Shown: in pieces, positions 62,369 to 64,000 of the stretch | Layout: each line of letters opens with the position of its first letter | How positions within the stretch are numbered: position 1 is the first letter of the stretch | Assembly (NCBI GenBank): GCA_028534125.1 | Contig: CM052816.1 | Location: forward strand, 57,910,001 to 57,974,000 | From: Lama glama | Lineage: Eukaryota | DNA length: 64,000 nucleotides | Direction: 5' to 3' | Position numbers and translations under genes: made by a program | The notes under the pieces: generated by a model | Seen by the model: the letters and a program-made list of their open reading frames with translations, nothing else | Databases searched by the model: none | What the model was told of the DNA's origin: nothing

Positions 62369-63201
62369 GACTACATTGAGGTATCACCTCATACCAGCCA
62401 GAATGGCCATCACTAAAAAGTCTACAAATAATAAATGCCAGAGAGGGTTTGGAGAAAAGGGAACCCGCGTACACTGTTGACAGAAATGTGAATCGGTGCC
62501 GTGACTATGAAGGACAGTATGGAGGTTCCTTAAAAAACTAAAAACAGACTTACCATGTGATCCAGCAATCCCACTCCTGGGCATATATCTGGAGAGAGCT
62601 CTAATTGAAAAAGACACCTGCACCCCAACGTTCACAGCAGCACTATTTACACTAGCCAAGACCTGGAAGCAACCTAAATGTCCATCAACAGGTGACTGGA
62701 TAAAGGAGATGAGGTATACATATATATAATGGAATACTACTAGGCCATAAGAAAGAATGAAATAATGCCACTTTCAGCAACATGGATGGACCTAGAGATT
62801 ATCATAGTAAGTGAAGTAAGAGAGAAAGGAAATATAGTATGATATCACTTATATGTAGAATCTAAAAAAAGATACAAATTTTATTTACAAACCAGAAATA
62901 GACTCACGGACACAGAAAACAAACCACAGTTACCAAAGGGGAAAGTGGAGGGAGGGATAAATTAGCAGTTCGGGATTAACAGATACACACTACTATATAT
63001 AAAATAGATAAACAACAAGGACCTACCATATATATAGCACAGGGAACAATATTCAATTTCTTATAATAAGCTATAATGGAAAAGAATCTGAAAACACACA
63101 TATTTATGTATTATATGTATAACTGAATTACTTTGCTGTACATCTGAAACTAAGATTGTAAGTCAACTACACTTCAATTAAAAAAATAAAATTAAAAAAA
63201 T
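62369..63201 (+). mobile_element. 5'-truncated cetartiodactyl-type LINE-1
   Basis: tgaggtatcacctcataccagccagaatggccatc ORF2 end through to the A-rich tail; degenerate TSD aaatcagggactttg (62354-62368) and aaattgaggactttg (63202-63216). Confidence 0.92.
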
Positions 63202-64000
63202 AAATTGAGGACTTTGCAAAAACTTGCTCTTAAGAAAATCTCTAGATTTTAACTTCTGTGAGAAGTAGCAGGTTCTCATAAGAAAATTAGCATGCATACA
63301 ATCACTCTCTACATTCCTATGTCGTATTACTCTCTTTTGGTTAATTTTTATGTATTTATATACTTAGAATAGATGCAATTTCCGTACATGTGCTAAGCAA
63401 AGTTCTTCCAATGCATTACTCTTTGTTTTTTCACAAATAAAATGGTATAAATTTGTCCCAGTGAAAATACCCACAGGTAAGCCGGCTCTGGAGAAGAATG
63501 GATGGAATCGTGCTCCAGAGAGTGTCCTCTGCTGGAGGCACAGAGCAGAACTGAAAGAAAGAACATTAGATTCTGTTCGAGAAAGGAACACACTGAACAC
63601 ATGCCCATTCATTTTGGAGTAGAGGCTGTCACTGGAGAAGGGCACAAAGGTTGTAGCAGTCACTACTGACTCAATTTAAACTCAAAAATCAGGAAAATGC
63701 AAGATTTCAAAATTAAGGGTTGGAAAGGCAGGAACGGAGAACACTGGAGCCCTCCCTCCTCAGCTCAGTGCGTTGGCGGAGCAGCGCAAGCTGGACAGGA
63801 GTGGGAGCCAAACAGAGTGAGCAGCAGTCCAACAAGAGGAGGACCTAACCTTGTTCCTGCTGGTTCCAGCTCCTTCAATGACAAAACGACTCCAAAGCCC
63901 TGGAAATTGTGATGTGGGTCCTGACTAGGATTTGAAGCTTGGGAATTGTTTCTCAAAGAGACTGGAACACTGGGCTACATTCCTGTGAGGCTGGAGTGCA

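Noticed and set aside
49785..64000. MAP1B exons 1-2 or an intronic miRNA/snoRNA
   Set aside because: No exon 1/2-like peptide, long perfect hairpin or box C/D / H/ACA structure was recognisable by eye; an Infernal/Rfam scan would be needed to exclude them

Overview
This is mammalian genomic DNA, most likely camelid, judged from a Vic-1-type tRNA-derived SINE and cetartiodactyl-type L1 3' ends. Two genes lie tail-to-tail. On the + strand are the last six coding exons of MRPS27 (1519-15417, poly(A) signal 16413). On the - strand are MAP1B exons 3-7 (49784-29366), including a 6.5-kb exon 5 and a ~4.3-kb 3' UTR ending near the AATAAA at 25115-25120. All splice sites are GT-AG, exon phases are consistent and neither gene is disrupted. 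MAP1B exons 1-2 and the 5' part of MRPS27 lie outside the window. The remainder is introns and an ~8.7-kb intergenic gap with ordinary eutherian repeats (L1, L2, L3, MIR, MLT1, MER-type DNA transposons, microsatellites); family names are from recalled consensus, not a database search. I see no convincing novel biological system. The best leads are: a candidate internal MAP1B promoter and alternative first exon in intron 2; QKI and miRNA sites in the MAP1B 3' UTR; a twin-primed L1 with intact TSDs; an inverted L1 pair; and a possible in-frame alternative acceptor in MRPS27.
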